Position numbers and translations under genes: made by a program. A stretch of 38,238 nt of DNA from an uncultured Candidatus Saccharibacteria bacterium (GTDB taxonomy: Bacteria > Patescibacteriota > Minisyncoccia > UBA11713 > 2-01-FULL-45-33): contig CAZXFC010000001.1 in assembly GCA_964640425.1 (NCBI GenBank), positions 46,930 to 85,167 on the forward strand. Direction: 5' to 3'. The notes under the pieces were generated by a model. The model was not told where the DNA came from, did no database searches, and saw only the letters and a list, made by a program, of their open reading frames with translations. Shown piece by piece: positions 26,776 through 35,830 of the stretch (the stretch's first letter is position 1; each line of letters begins with the position of its first letter).

Positions 26776-26805
26776 AAAACTCCCCGCTTAACAAGGGAGT
26801 TTTTT
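26776..26805 (-). terminator. Bidirectional-looking rho-independent terminator after the 702-aa gene
   Basis: ACTCCC-(10-nt loop)-GGGAGT flanked by A4 and T6. Confidence 0.65.
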
Positions 26806-26851
26806 ACCTCCCCCAAATCCCCTCTTTGGTAAGGAGGAGTAGGGGTGGTGT

Positions 26852-28960
26852 TTAAGGCAGCTGCGGCATCGGAAGGTTGAGGGCAGGGCAATTTAACATG
26901 TTGATCCAGCGCTTGGTTGTTTTGTAGACGTAACCTGTGCCGGTTTTATCAATATTTCCGGTTTGCTGTTCCCACGGCGTCAAAATCTGTTCAGCTGCTT
27001 TTACCTGAAATCTTTTTACCGCGCCAAACGAGAGCTGTCCGTAGAATCCGGTTACCGGCAGACTTTCGCCGAGAGTGTTTAAAAAGCTCTGCAATTTTTT
27101 AACTTCGTCGGAATTATTTTTCCTTCCAAGTTTTATATAATCGCCCAAGTATGCCGAGCAGCTTGAAGGTAATCCGTCCGTGGTTGCGCCCAAAACCTGG
27201 CCCTGCGAGACTACAGATCCGTTACCGGGCGCCGTGAATGCTCCCGAAACTTGCCCCCCGCTCGGAACCAAAGGTCCGTTGCCGGGAGGAACAGAAGTCG
27301 GTGCAGGCGCGGAAGTCGGGGCCGGAACCGGAGTAGGAGTTGGGCCGGTATAAGTATAGGCCATAGGTCCGGCAACGGCGGTATTTTCCGGATTACCCGC
27401 ATTATCAACGGCGCTCGCTTCAAAACAATATGCGCCGCGGCCGTTTTCCGGCACCCAATTTGTTTCCGGCGCCCATGGGACATTCAACGGATCCGCACTT
27501 TGAAGATTAAGATGGATGATCTCTATCGGAATTTCTTCGCTGTTGCGGCCCGAACAATCCAGTTCCGTAAATACGTCAAAGAAGCTGTCAATGAATTGAG
27601 TATCCTTAATTTGAAATGCTTTAAGCGTTACTTCGGCCACGCCAGACATGTCGTCCGTTGAATGGCCGCTTAACAATTCCAAAGAGACCATTTCGGTATC
27701 GATCGACGGATGGTTATTCAATTCATTTTGATCGTCAAAAAATGACTGGGGAGGAGTCGTATCTTCAGGAGTCGGTGTTGGTTCCGGAGTTGGAGTCGGT
27801 TCCGGATCCTCATTTTCCTGATTCCCGAAATTCACATCCTCGGCGTCCGAACCTTCCAATTCGACAACATGACAGCCGTCATTTTCTTCAGGATATGTTT
27901 GCGTCCAGTCATCCTGATGCTGCTCACACAGCATATAGTTGTCAGCATCCAGTCCGCTGAACTGATAAGCTCCATTTTCATCGGTTTCACTTTCATCCAA
28001 TAACTCGTCACCGGCCCAAAGCTCGATAGTCCAACCAAAAAGCCCATCCTCGCCGAAATCCCATACGCCGTCTCCGTTCAGGTCATTGAATTTATATCCT
28101 GAGATCGAAAAACCGTATGGAGATTCATCGTTGTCGTCGAGCGATTCGCAGTTATTATCGTCAGAATCTATCATTCCGTCTCCATCATTATCTGCACCAT
28201 CGCCGCATTGAGTAGTTACATTAATAGTGACGGTAGCAACATTGCTGTCATCCGTACCGTCATTGACATGATAAGTGAAAGAATCGGTTCCGTTGAAGCC
28301 CGAATTTGGGGTGTAATTTACTATATTATCAAGTATTTCACCGATTATATCGTCCAAACTTCCGTTCGCCGGGAGCGAGTCTATGAAGTATGTTAATGGG
28401 TCGCTGTCCGCATCTGTTCCCAGCAAGGTGATAGGATTATCCAGACTATTCATATCAACCCAAACCTCCGTGTCTTCCGCGGCCGGAGATGCGTTGGGAG
28501 TCGGCGCAGCGCATCCGGTCACTTCAAGAGTTGCTGATTCTTGTATAGAACCATCTGAATCCGTTATCACTTTCGCTGTCCAGGTCCCGCACTCATCCGG
28601 AGAGAAAGGCACTTCGGCGTTGCCTGCGTTATTACTGGCCGAACTAACAAATGGAGTAACCGAGTCAGACGGACTATAAATGCTGATATGATGAATATGG
28701 TCCATACCCAATCCTGTGCTTTTCGCACAAGTATCGTTTAAAACAACAAGCGATGTTATATTGGATCCGGTGCACGCTACATTTGTTTTAAAACTTAAAT
28801 TAATTGCGGCTGAAGCTACGCTTGGCACTAAAACCGCCAAAGGAGCAATTAAATAAACGACCATTGCCGCGATGGTGACAACCGAGTTCGCGGTCCTGCC
28901 TACCGGCAGGCAGGCTTTGAGGACTGACATATGTGTTTTGCTTAAAACATTCATTTCCAT
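26852..28960 (-). CDS. Large secreted surface protein: cadherin-like/VCBS-type Ig domain, DNDGDG metal-binding motif, SdrD-B/Cna-B-like domain, TP linkers, C-terminal peptidoglycan-binding domain
   Basis: DADSDPLTYFIDSLPANGSL...FNGTDSFTYHVNDGTDDSNVATVTINV (cadherin-like), CGDGADNDGDGMIDSDDNNC, GYKFNDLNGDGVWDFGEDGLFGWTIELW...DENGAYQFSGL (SdrD B-like), and the C-terminal [43 protein letters not shown]. The start is uncertain: ATG at 28960, 28954 or 28930. Confidence 0.8.
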   Translation of the reverse strand: MEMNVLSKTHMSVLKACLPVGRTANSVVTIAAMVVYLIAPLAVLVPSVASAAINLSFKTNVACTGSNITSLVVLNDTCAKSTGLGMDHIHHISIYSPSDSVTPFVSSASNNAGNAEVPFSPDECGTWTAKVITDSDGSIQESATLEVTGCAAPTPNASPAAEDTEVWVDMNSLDNPITLLGTDADSDPLTYFIDSLPANGSLDDIIGEILDNIVNYTPNSGFNGTDSFTYHVNDGTDDSNVATVTINVTTQCGDGADNDGDGMIDSDDNNCESLDDNDESPYGFSISGYKFNDLNGDGVWDFGEDGLFGWTIELWAGDELLDESETDENGAYQFSGLDADNYMLCEQHQDDWTQTYPEENDGCHVVELEGSDAEDVNFGNQENEDPEPTPTPEPTPTPEDTTPPQSFFDDQNELNNHPSIDTEMVSLELLSGHSTDDMSGVAEVTLKAFQIKDTQFIDSFFDVFTELDCSGRNSEEIPIEIIHLNLQSADPLNVPWAPETNWVPENGRGAYCFEASAVDNAGNPENTAVAGPMAYTYTGPTPTPVPAPTSAPAPTSVPPGNGPLVPSGGQVSGAFTAPGNGSVVSQGQVLGATTDGLPSSCSAYLGDYIKLGRKNNSDEVKKLQSFLNTLGESLPVTGFYGQLSFGAVKRFQVKAAEQILTPWEQQTGNIDKTGTGYVYKTTKRWINMLNCPALNLPMPQLP

Positions 28961-29029
28961 ATTATCGTCGAATTAAGACTTTTAACATTAATTAATAAGC
29001 TTTTTATTGGGACTTTTTTAATATGTGCA

Positions 29030-29058
29030 ATTATAGCAAATCATGAAGTCTTTGTCAA
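29030..29058 (-). promoter_or_regulatory. Consensus sigma70 promoter of the 702-aa gene
   Basis: Minus strand TTGACA (29058-29053), 17 nt, TGcTATAAT (-10 at 29035-29030). Confidence 0.75.
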
Positions 29059-29122
29059 ACCATCATTTATCCCATTGTTGCCTTCATACATGAATTGCTC
29101 ATGAAGCGGATTTGTCGCCGCC

Positions 29123-30118
29123 CTACTCTCCGTGCGGAAATGCTGATTTAAATTGGGTGCGGGCGGAAGTCATTGCAGATTTAAACGTGGAGATCACTTG
29201 CGTAAATGCGGCTTTTCTCTGAATAATAAGCGGCTGGATTGATGCAGCCATTTTTTCCGCCGCAACCTGATCGTTAATAAATTTATCATGCGCAATTTTG
29301 AGTTCGCTTTCCAGGCCCGTTCGTATATTTAAAGTGATAACCCCCGAATTGCAGGATGAAAGCGCACGGTCGAAGGCCGCCTGCGCGGAAATTTTATAAT
29401 TTATTATTGCGCTGTCGATAAGTTTGTTTTTTGCAAGAAATACCTGGCCAATACCTTGCCTAAAAAGATCTACCGCGGATTTGACGGCTTCTCTTTTTGC
29501 GAAGACGGCGTCGCTTATCGCTTTGGCGTAAACATCAACTTTATATTTTAAACTTGGATTTTTCGAAAGCGCGCCGAGCCGCGTAATATACGAATCGCGC
29601 GTCGAATTCAGATTTGCATGCAAAGAATTTTTGGAATCATCGCGCGCCTTCCGTTTTGTTTCAAGCTCGCCCGCAGCTTTCGTTCTCGCCGCATCAACGA
29701 TTTTTCCGCGCGCCTCAATTGCGCTTATATAATTTACTTTCGTATCCGTTAAGCTTTTGCAAAAATTTGAAAATGGCGGCAAGGCTATCTCATCATAAAC
29801 TCTGCCAACCGCCGATATCTCGGCGCTTTCGGCGGTAAGATAAGCCGTATCAATGTCTTCCGGCGCATAAAACGCATTTTCGGTATCGGCCTCGCCAAGA
29901 AGCTCCGCATAAGCTCCTCCGGCTGAAGATTTCGAGCCGCCACCGCCTGCAGGAACGGTCGGATTTGCCGAATCCGTAGGCGTTGCCGGCTCGCCCGCGG
30001 GCGGCGGAGGCATCAACGGGCCGGGAGATGCGGGCATTTTAAATACCATATAAAATAATCCTACGGAAAGCAGAACTGCTCCCAGCAAAACAAGGATAAT
30101 TTTTGCTATTGTATTCAT
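29123..30118 (-). CDS. Hypothetical membrane-anchored helical protein (331 aa)
   Basis: N-terminal TM helix, Pro-rich spacer, long Ala/Lys-rich helical region. TGtTACAAT lies 7 nt upstream of the ATG. Confidence 0.6.
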   Translation of the reverse strand: MNTIAKIILVLLGAVLLSVGLFYMVFKMPASPGPLMPPPPAGEPATPTDSANPTVPAGGGGSKSSAGGAYAELLGEADTENAFYAPEDIDTAYLTAESAEISAVGRVYDEIALPPFSNFCKSLTDTKVNYISAIEARGKIVDAARTKAAGELETKRKARDDSKNSLHANLNSTRDSYITRLGALSKNPSLKYKVDVYAKAISDAVFAKREAVKSAVDLFRQGIGQVFLAKNKLIDSAIINYKISAQAAFDRALSSCNSGVITLNIRTGLESELKIAHDKFINDQVAAEKMAASIQPLIIQRKAAFTQVISTFKSAMTSARTQFKSAFPHGE

Positions 30119-30168
30119 AAAGCTAATTGTAACACTCTGCGTACTTTTTCATAAGATTAATGATACCA

Positions 30169-30200
30169 CAAAGATCCTCGATGCTTATCGAAGATCTTTG
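30169..30200 (-). terminator. Strong 14-bp hairpin downstream of the 1029-aa gene (3'-end hairpin/terminator)
   Basis: CAAAGATCCTCGAT-gctt-ATCGAAGATCTTTG. The single mismatch is C.A on the plus-strand RNA but G.U on the minus-strand RNA. Confidence 0.5.
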
Positions 30201-30251
30201 TTTTTCCGGGCACTTGCCAATTACGGCAACATCGGTGCTCCTTCGCTAAAG

Positions 30252-33200
30252 CTACGGAAGCATAGGTATCGGAAGGTTGAGGGCCGGGCAATTTAACATG
30301 TTGATCCAGCGCTTGGTCGTTTTATAGACGTAGCCTGTGCCATTTATATCAATTTCTCCGGTCTGCTGTATCCACGGCACAAGAACCTGGTCGGCGGAAC
30401 GCACTTGGAATCGTTTTACGGCCCCGTACGTAAGCTGTCCGTAAAATCCTGTTACCGGCAGATTCTCTCCCATTTTATTCAGGAAGATCTGCAGTTTGAT
30501 AACTTCATTAGGATTATTTTTTCTTCCGAGCTTGATGTATTCGTTCAGATATACAGTACAGCTTGGAGGAAGCTCTGTGGCCTCACCCAATACCTGGCCG
30601 GGCGGATTTGCCAACGGAGGTCCGTTCGCAATGATCGTCGGGGTCGGCGTAGGAGTCGGTGTCGGGCCTCCCCCGCCGGTATTAGTTTCGTCGTTATCCA
30701 TCGGAACATAACTTCCATCATTGGAAGCATTGCCGTCTGAGTGACAACCGGGATCGGCGGCGTCTTTCAATCCATCGCCATCGTTGTCTTCGTGATCCGA
30801 ACAAGCCGGAATAGGACTGCCGCCGCCTGTCACAGTAGGAGTGGGCGTCGGAGTAGGTGTCGGTGTCGGAGACGGACTCACAACATGGACATTCCTGGTA
30901 ACTTCGGTCGCGGCAAGTCCGTCTGTGTCGGTATAATTGTATTTAACAACAAAGTCGGCTGGAGCAGTTGTAACAACAGTGTCTCCGCTTACGAGAGCCG
31001 GATGACTGCCGTCTTCAACGTCGCTCGCTACTGCGCCGGGTTCGGCGTATGTATCGCCTACGTTGAGATTTACAGGATTCGCGCCATTTAAAGTTATCGT
31101 CGGTGGAGAATTTTCATTATCATCGGTAGGACTATCGCATCCGGAATCCGAAGCGAAAGCTATATCATCCTCTACGTGACCTGTGAAATCTATTTTATTA
31201 TCCCCGTCATTGTCTATTCCATCTGAACATTGAGGAGTGGGCGTGGGAGTAGGAGATGGCGTCGGCGTAGGGGTCGGTGTCGGTGTCGGAGTTGGCGTAG
31301 GAGTCGGAACCGGCGCGTTCCAAGCTACGCAATGATACGTGTTGCCGGCAATAGGATGAAGAATGAAATCATAGTTATCGTAATTCAATCCGTCCTGGTA
31401 ACATGATAATTCCGCGCTCACCTGAACGCCCGACGGATGGACAGCGCCAAGAAAAGGAACGTATCCATCCCTGAAAACTTCGCGAACCCATAGCCGATCT
31501 CCGAATGATGCTACATTTATATCCGCAGTGACAACGCCCGAGCCGTTGGTAAAGCCGGTAGTTGTCCACGGAGCCTCCGCAATACCGTCTTCATCTCCGG
31601 GATTTGGAGTACTTGAAGGAGCATATTGAAATTGCCAGCCTGACGCCAAGTGACAATTTTCATTCTCCGCCAAGAAATTATCTGCGGTTGAAGCGGTTGT
31701 GTTGTGGTGAACGGACATTGCGTCCGGCAAATCAGCTTCGCGGTCACAAACTATTTTTGTAAATACGAAAGTTGCGGAGCCCGGAGCGGGTGTCGGAGTA
31801 GGCTCGGGAGTCGGTGTAGGAGATGGCGTCGGCGTAGGGGTTGGTGTCGGTGTCGGTGAAGGAGTCGGAGTGGGCGTGGGAGTTGGTGTAGGACAAGGGA
31901 CTGTTTCAGGGTGGAATGTAATTCCATTAACGGAAAAGTCCATGTATGACTGTACGACATGGCGTTCCGCGAAGAATATTTCAAAATGATTTATTCCTTC
32001 GGGAATATGCAATGTTCCGGTTTTGGTAAGAGGAGCGTGAACTCCTGAGTTGTCTATGACCAATTCTCCATTTATGTATACCCAAGCGTCATCGTCGGAG
32101 GTTAGCGTGTAGCTATAATTACCGGCGGACGCCGTAAAGGTTTTCGCACGCCAATGAACACCGAAATGATATTCATGTCCGTTATCGATCTCTTCTGGCG
32201 TCGCATCAAACGGAAAGAAATTGCCGCCGAAATTGAGGTTTGAGTCAATTCGCGTGAAGCGCGAAAATTCACTATTATACCAGACCGTAGTCCAGACAGC
32301 TTCGGCTGAAAGCGGGTCTCCATTGGAAACCGACCATTGGGAAGACGGAAGATTCATTCCTTCAGTAGTGCGGGAGTAGTTGAAATACTCTCCGTTCAAT
32401 CCAATCTGTGCTCCGCTTAGATCGCACTGTTCAGGTGTCGGTGTCGGAGTTGGCGTAGGAGTCGGAGAAGGAGTTGGCTCCGGAGCTTTAACATTATAGG
32501 CAATGCAATATGCGTCCTGAGGCAAACTATTTCCCAGGTTTACATATTCCAAATTGTCGCCGTTCAAAGCATCATTGTAACAGCGCAAAGCGCCGAAAAC
32601 TGCTTCGTCGTTATTTAAGATCTCGCTTACCCACATTGAACCGCCGCCCAAAAGAAGATCTTTCAAACCGGAAGGCAGATCATTCACGGAGATCGTGAAT
32701 TCACCATCGCCGTTTGTCGGTCCAATGTCCATTACATTTTGGGTTTGTCCGTGATCGGAAGAAATTTTGAAGTTCCATCCCGATGCGCGTTCACAGTCTT
32801 CAGGAATTTCCGACGGATTGACCGGCTTTCTGTTGTAAGGATTCGGGAAATACGGGGCATTCGAAAATTCATTAAAGTGCCCTTCTGTCGCATCGAGGTT
32901 TTGAGCCTCTGCATTTCCGGCGATGTCGCCATATGACTCGCATTCAATTTTTATGAAATGCAAAGTCGTTCCTGTAGGAGTCGGCGTTGGTGTCGGCGTA
33001 GGCTCACCTTCATTGCAGTGAGGATTACCCGTGTGTTCTCCGTGTTCGCATTCGTGTCCGGGCACATTGTCGCACGATGAACCCGAGCAGCCGTGGTGCC
33101 GGTTGCCGTCATTATCGTTTCCATTGTCGTCACCATCGTTGTCGTTTTCATCTTGATCATCGTCATGATGAGTATCTTGGTCTTCATGCAAAATTGATAC

Positions 33201-33341
33201 GGTCTCGCTGTCTCCATCGTTAGCGTAAGCTATTTGTGGAGAAAAATTGATCAAGCCTCCGGCATACGCATAAAATACGATCGCCGCGCCCACCAAGACC
33301 ATATCAAAAATATGCAAAAAACCGTTAGGTTTTCTAAGCAT
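30252..33341 (-). CDS. Giant secreted surface protein (1029 aa): two paralogous Cys-containing beta-sandwich-like domains, PA14 domain, DUF5011-like Ig domain, DNDGD metal-binding motifs, multiple TP linkers, C-terminal peptidoglycan-binding domain
   Basis: GLNGEYFNY...[22 protein letters not shown] (PA14), [33 protein letters not shown] (DUF5011-like), [15 protein letters not shown] and [20 protein letters not shown]. The C-terminal 95 aa are collinear with the 702-aa protein. Confidence 0.85.
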   Translation of the reverse strand: MLRKPNGFLHIFDMVLVGAAIVFYAYAGGLINFSPQIAYANDGDSETVSILHEDQDTHHDDDQDENDNDGDDNGNDNDGNRHHGCSGSSCDNVPGHECEHGEHTGNPHCNEGEPTPTPTPTPTGTTLHFIKIECESYGDIAGNAEAQNLDATEGHFNEFSNAPYFPNPYNRKPVNPSEIPEDCERASGWNFKISSDHGQTQNVMDIGPTNGDGEFTISVNDLPSGLKDLLLGGGSMWVSEILNNDEAVFGALRCYNDALNGDNLEYVNLGNSLPQDAYCIAYNVKAPEPTPSPTPTPTPTPTPEQCDLSGAQIGLNGEYFNYSRTTEGMNLPSSQWSVSNGDPLSAEAVWTTVWYNSEFSRFTRIDSNLNFGGNFFPFDATPEEIDNGHEYHFGVHWRAKTFTASAGNYSYTLTSDDDAWVYINGELVIDNSGVHAPLTKTGTLHIPEGINHFEIFFAERHVVQSYMDFSVNGITFHPETVPCPTPTPTPTPTPSPTPTPTPTPTPSPTPTPEPTPTPAPGSATFVFTKIVCDREADLPDAMSVHHNTTASTADNFLAENENCHLASGWQFQYAPSSTPNPGDEDGIAEAPWTTTGFTNGSGVVTADINVASFGDRLWVREVFRDGYVPFLGAVHPSGVQVSAELSCYQDGLNYDNYDFILHPIAGNTYHCVAWNAPVPTPTPTPTPTPTPTPTPSPTPTPTPQCSDGIDNDGDNKIDFTGHVEDDIAFASDSGCDSPTDDNENSPPTITLNGANPVNLNVGDTYAEPGAVASDVEDGSHPALVSGDTVVTTAPADFVVKYNYTDTDGLAATEVTRNVHVVSPSPTPTPTPTPTPTVTGGGSPIPACSDHEDNDGDGLKDAADPGCHSDGNASNDGSYVPMDNDETNTGGGGPTPTPTPTPTIIANGPPLANPPGQVLGEATELPPSCTVYLNEYIKLGRKNNPNEVIKLQIFLNKMGENLPVTGFYGQLTYGAVKRFQVRSADQVLVPWIQQTGEIDINGTGYVYKTTKRWINMLNCPALNLPIPMLP
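31233..31308 (-). repeat. (Thr/Ser-Pro)n-coding hexanucleotide tract (coordinates approximate)
   Basis: The plus strand reads (GGNGTN)n. Encodes [27 protein letters not shown]. Confidence 0.85.
31782..31895 (-). repeat. (Thr/Ser/Glu-Pro)n-coding hexanucleotide tract (coordinates approximate)
   Basis: Encodes [37 protein letters not shown]. Confidence 0.85.
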
Positions 33342-33506
33342 AAAATTAATAGAGTAAAATTACTTGTAATAAATTTGTCCGATAGGACTTTGTCCATTAA
33401 GGACCGCTGTCTTTTCCTAGCGTTACAATTTTTGGTTACAAGGACCAAAAGTGGTGCGATGACCCGGTTCAATGACCGATTGTATGTACTGCCTTATTTA
33501 GATGGT

Positions 33507-33535
33507 AGTGTATCACACTATATATTTACTGTCAA
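33507..33535 (-). promoter_or_regulatory. Sigma70-type promoter upstream of the 1029-aa gene
   Basis: Minus strand TTGACA (33535-33530), 17 nt, TGaTACACT (-10 at 33512-33507). This implies a 5' UTR of about 160 nt. Confidence 0.6.
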
Positions 33536-33539
33536 TATC

Positions 33540-35123
33540 CTATTCCCTGCCAAGGGCCTCGCCCGTAGGACGACCACGGCCGAGGGCCTCAAAAACATTG
33601 GCTTCATTAAAATAGATTTTCGGGTTTTCATCCGTATATCTTTCCGCCAAAACACTGCCGTAAACGAACGTATCTTCAAGGTATTTGATCATCTTGCCCG
33701 CGTCTTTTTCGCGGTCGTCCGAGCGAAGTATTATAATAGCCACAAGGCGGCTTTCTCCTTCGGAAAGCTTGACCTTGAAAACTCCCGCGAAAGTTTCTTT
33801 GGCTTCGGGAGTATACCCTGATTTGCCCGAGACCAGGTTCGTGTCGCCTTGCGTCCAATTTATATTTACCCAAGTATGCTGTTTTTTTTGATTATCAGAT
33901 GCCGCGGAATATTTCGGCAGGGCCAAAATATCGAATATGGGTTTTTTATTATTGTAAATATATTTGAGCAGCGTAAAAAGATCATTCGCATTGGAAACGT
34001 TGCGGGGGTCGAGACCGCTTGAGTCCTCATAGTGCGTTAAATTCATGCCGAGAGCTTTTGCTTTTTGATTCATCATGCCCGTAAAATTCCATCCTTCAAA
34101 CGCAAAAACGGCCGCGGCGTCGTTGGAAGAAGCCAAAAGCATCGGATACAAAAGCTTATCTGAAGAAAATATCTCACCTGCGACCAAACCTCCGGACGAG
34201 CCGTAAGTCGCGAGCTCTGTTTTGTTGATGCGGAGCGATCGCGCCTGGAAACTTTCTGCCGCAACCAGCGCGGTCATCAGCTTGGTTACCGAAGCGATGG
34301 GGTAAGTGGAAGTGGAATTTTTCTCGAATAACACTTCCCCCGTCTCAAAATCTGCCGCGAGCATTGCGTCCGCGGAAATCTTCGGGGGCTTGACGGACTT
34401 TACCGGAGCTATTTTTTTAAAATAATTCACCGCAAGCTTATCCGGCGCGCCGATCCGGTTTGCAAGCGGGTTTTCTTCAGCGTAAATGAGCACGGAAATG
34501 CCGGTTTCCGCAAGCTTGTAAAGCGAGCCGGCATCGGCAAGCGAAAGTCTTATGCATCCGCCCGAATACGCGCTTTCCACCGGCCTTCCTCCGGGATAAT
34601 AGGGCCACCCGTGAATGAAATAATTGCCGAAAATATGCATGCTCCAGGGCATCCAAACCTTGCCGATGGAAGAAAAATGGTTTTTTTCTTTGTAACCTAT
34701 CTTATAAATACCGCTCGGAGTCTCGAAAAAACTGCCGTCCCTGCCTTTGGATAAAATATTGAAGGTCGTAGTGCTTGCTTCGCCGAAGCGCTGCGAAGGC
34801 GAGGTGCCTCTATAATAAGTAATGCGCATCTCTCCCAAATCCGCGAAAATAAATTCCTTTCCGGCCGCCAAAAGCCTGTCTTTTTCGGTGAGAATTCCCT
34901 CGCCGTTGGCAAGGATAGCGTCGGAACCAGCAAGTTTTTGATAAACCGGCTTCTCAATCGGCTCCGCAAGAACCGGTAATGCTCCGAATTTGTCCGACTC
35001 GTGCGAGAGCGCGAACACTCCAATCTGCCCCGCAGCGAAACGCGCCGTAAAAACAACGACCAAAGACACCGCAATTATTTTTCCGATGTAATAAAATCCA
35101 TGCCGGTCAAATTCCAGATCCAT
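33540..35123 (-). CDS. Fusion protein: N-terminal anchor, L,D-transpeptidase (YkuD) domain and S11-type D-alanyl-D-alanine carboxypeptidase (PBP5-like) domain
   Basis: YkuD signature FIHGWP...SGGCIRL. Penicillin-binding motifs SVTK (SxxK), SSND (SxN) and KSGYT (K[ST]G) follow in the correct order and spacing. Confidence 0.85.
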   Translation of the reverse strand: MDLEFDRHGFYYIGKIIAVSLVVVFTARFAAGQIGVFALSHESDKFGALPVLAEPIEKPVYQKLAGSDAILANGEGILTEKDRLLAAGKEFIFADLGEMRITYYRGTSPSQRFGEASTTTFNILSKGRDGSFFETPSGIYKIGYKEKNHFSSIGKVWMPWSMHIFGNYFIHGWPYYPGGRPVESAYSGGCIRLSLADAGSLYKLAETGISVLIYAEENPLANRIGAPDKLAVNYFKKIAPVKSVKPPKISADAMLAADFETGEVLFEKNSTSTYPIASVTKLMTALVAAESFQARSLRINKTELATYGSSGGLVAGEIFSSDKLLYPMLLASSNDAAAVFAFEGWNFTGMMNQKAKALGMNLTHYEDSSGLDPRNVSNANDLFTLLKYIYNNKKPIFDILALPKYSAASDNQKKQHTWVNINWTQGDTNLVSGKSGYTPEAKETFAGVFKVKLSEGESRLVAIIILRSDDREKDAGKMIKYLEDTFVYGSVLAERYTDENPKIYFNEANVFEALGRGRPTGEALGRE

Positions 35124-35153
35124 TGAAAATAAGTATAACGGATTTTATTACAA

Positions 35154-35178
35154 ATAAAAAACCCGTAGCTACGGGGTT
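35154..35178 (-). terminator. Rho-independent terminator
   Basis: CCCGTAG/CTACGGG palindrome followed by T7 on the minus strand. Confidence 0.65.
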
Positions 35179-35329
35179 GATTATTTTACGATTCTTTGAA
35201 TGTAAAACACCCAATCTAATATTTCTTCGGTAAAGTCGGTAACGCCGAACATGCGAAGTTCCAAAAATTTTTCGAGCGACATTTGAGTAAGCTCGTTTGA
35301 GAAAAAGATATATGCTCGCAGAGTTTAGG

Positions 35330-35830
35330 TCAAACACGGTTTTTCTTCTTCGCAGATGGCTTCAGATAAAAAACCCTGCTTCCTTCATAAAAACAGCAAT
35401 TGCATTCGAAATCATGAAAATCAAATATCCAGCTGCCTGTAATGAAGTATTTAACTGTTAGTGCAAATAGCTTTTCCCCATATTGGATAAAAAAGATATT
35501 TGGATGCCCATTCTTTAGTAATCCCAGCGGATTTTCTCCCTCATCGCACTTGCGAAATAACTCTTCTACCTGAAGCGGATTCCATGTCTTTATGCCGCCA
35601 ATGGCAATGGCTATTCCCTGAAATATTAGGTGATCTGTGACCTCACGCCCAAACGCTTTACCCTCTTTACCCGCCGGCGACTCCCAAGAACAGTATTTGA
35701 GCCCGCTATCACGGTAATTTGGACTTATCTTTTTATAAGTGAACGGGTTTTTCTTGTTAGTTGCCGGCTTACGCGGGATAAAAACGCCGGATGATATTTT
35801 TTTCAAAGATTTGCAGACATTCGCGTACAT
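35330..35830 (-). CDS. Hypothetical protein (166 aa)
   Basis: AAGGAGG lies 6 nt upstream of the ATG. No family recognised. The start overlaps the stop of an 18-codon upstream ORF (TAATG). Confidence 0.6.
   Translation of the reverse strand: MYANVCKSLKKISSGVFIPRKPATNKKNPFTYKKISPNYRDSGLKYCSWESPAGKEGKAFGREVTDHLIFQGIAIAIGGIKTWNPLQVEELFRKCDEGENPLGLLKNGHPNIFFIQYGEKLFALTVKYFITGSWIFDFHDFECNCCFYEGSRVFYLKPSAKKKNRV

Noticed and set aside
28895-28914. GC-rich palindrome CCTGCCTaccggcAGGCAGG near the 5' end of the 702-aa ORF as another REP family
   Set aside because: It has only a 7-bp stem and occurs once in the window. It is explained by the codons for the signal-anchor region (ACLPVGRTA).
26852-30540. 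The two similar 3' gene ends as a DGR template/variable repeat pair
   Set aside because: The mismatches are not adenine-specific, no reverse transcriptase is nearby, and the similarity follows protein-domain boundaries.
33234-33821. 195-aa plus-strand ORF spanning the 33342-33539 spacer
   Set aside because: It overlaps the ends of two well-supported minus-strand genes and the promoter between them, and it has no translation signals.
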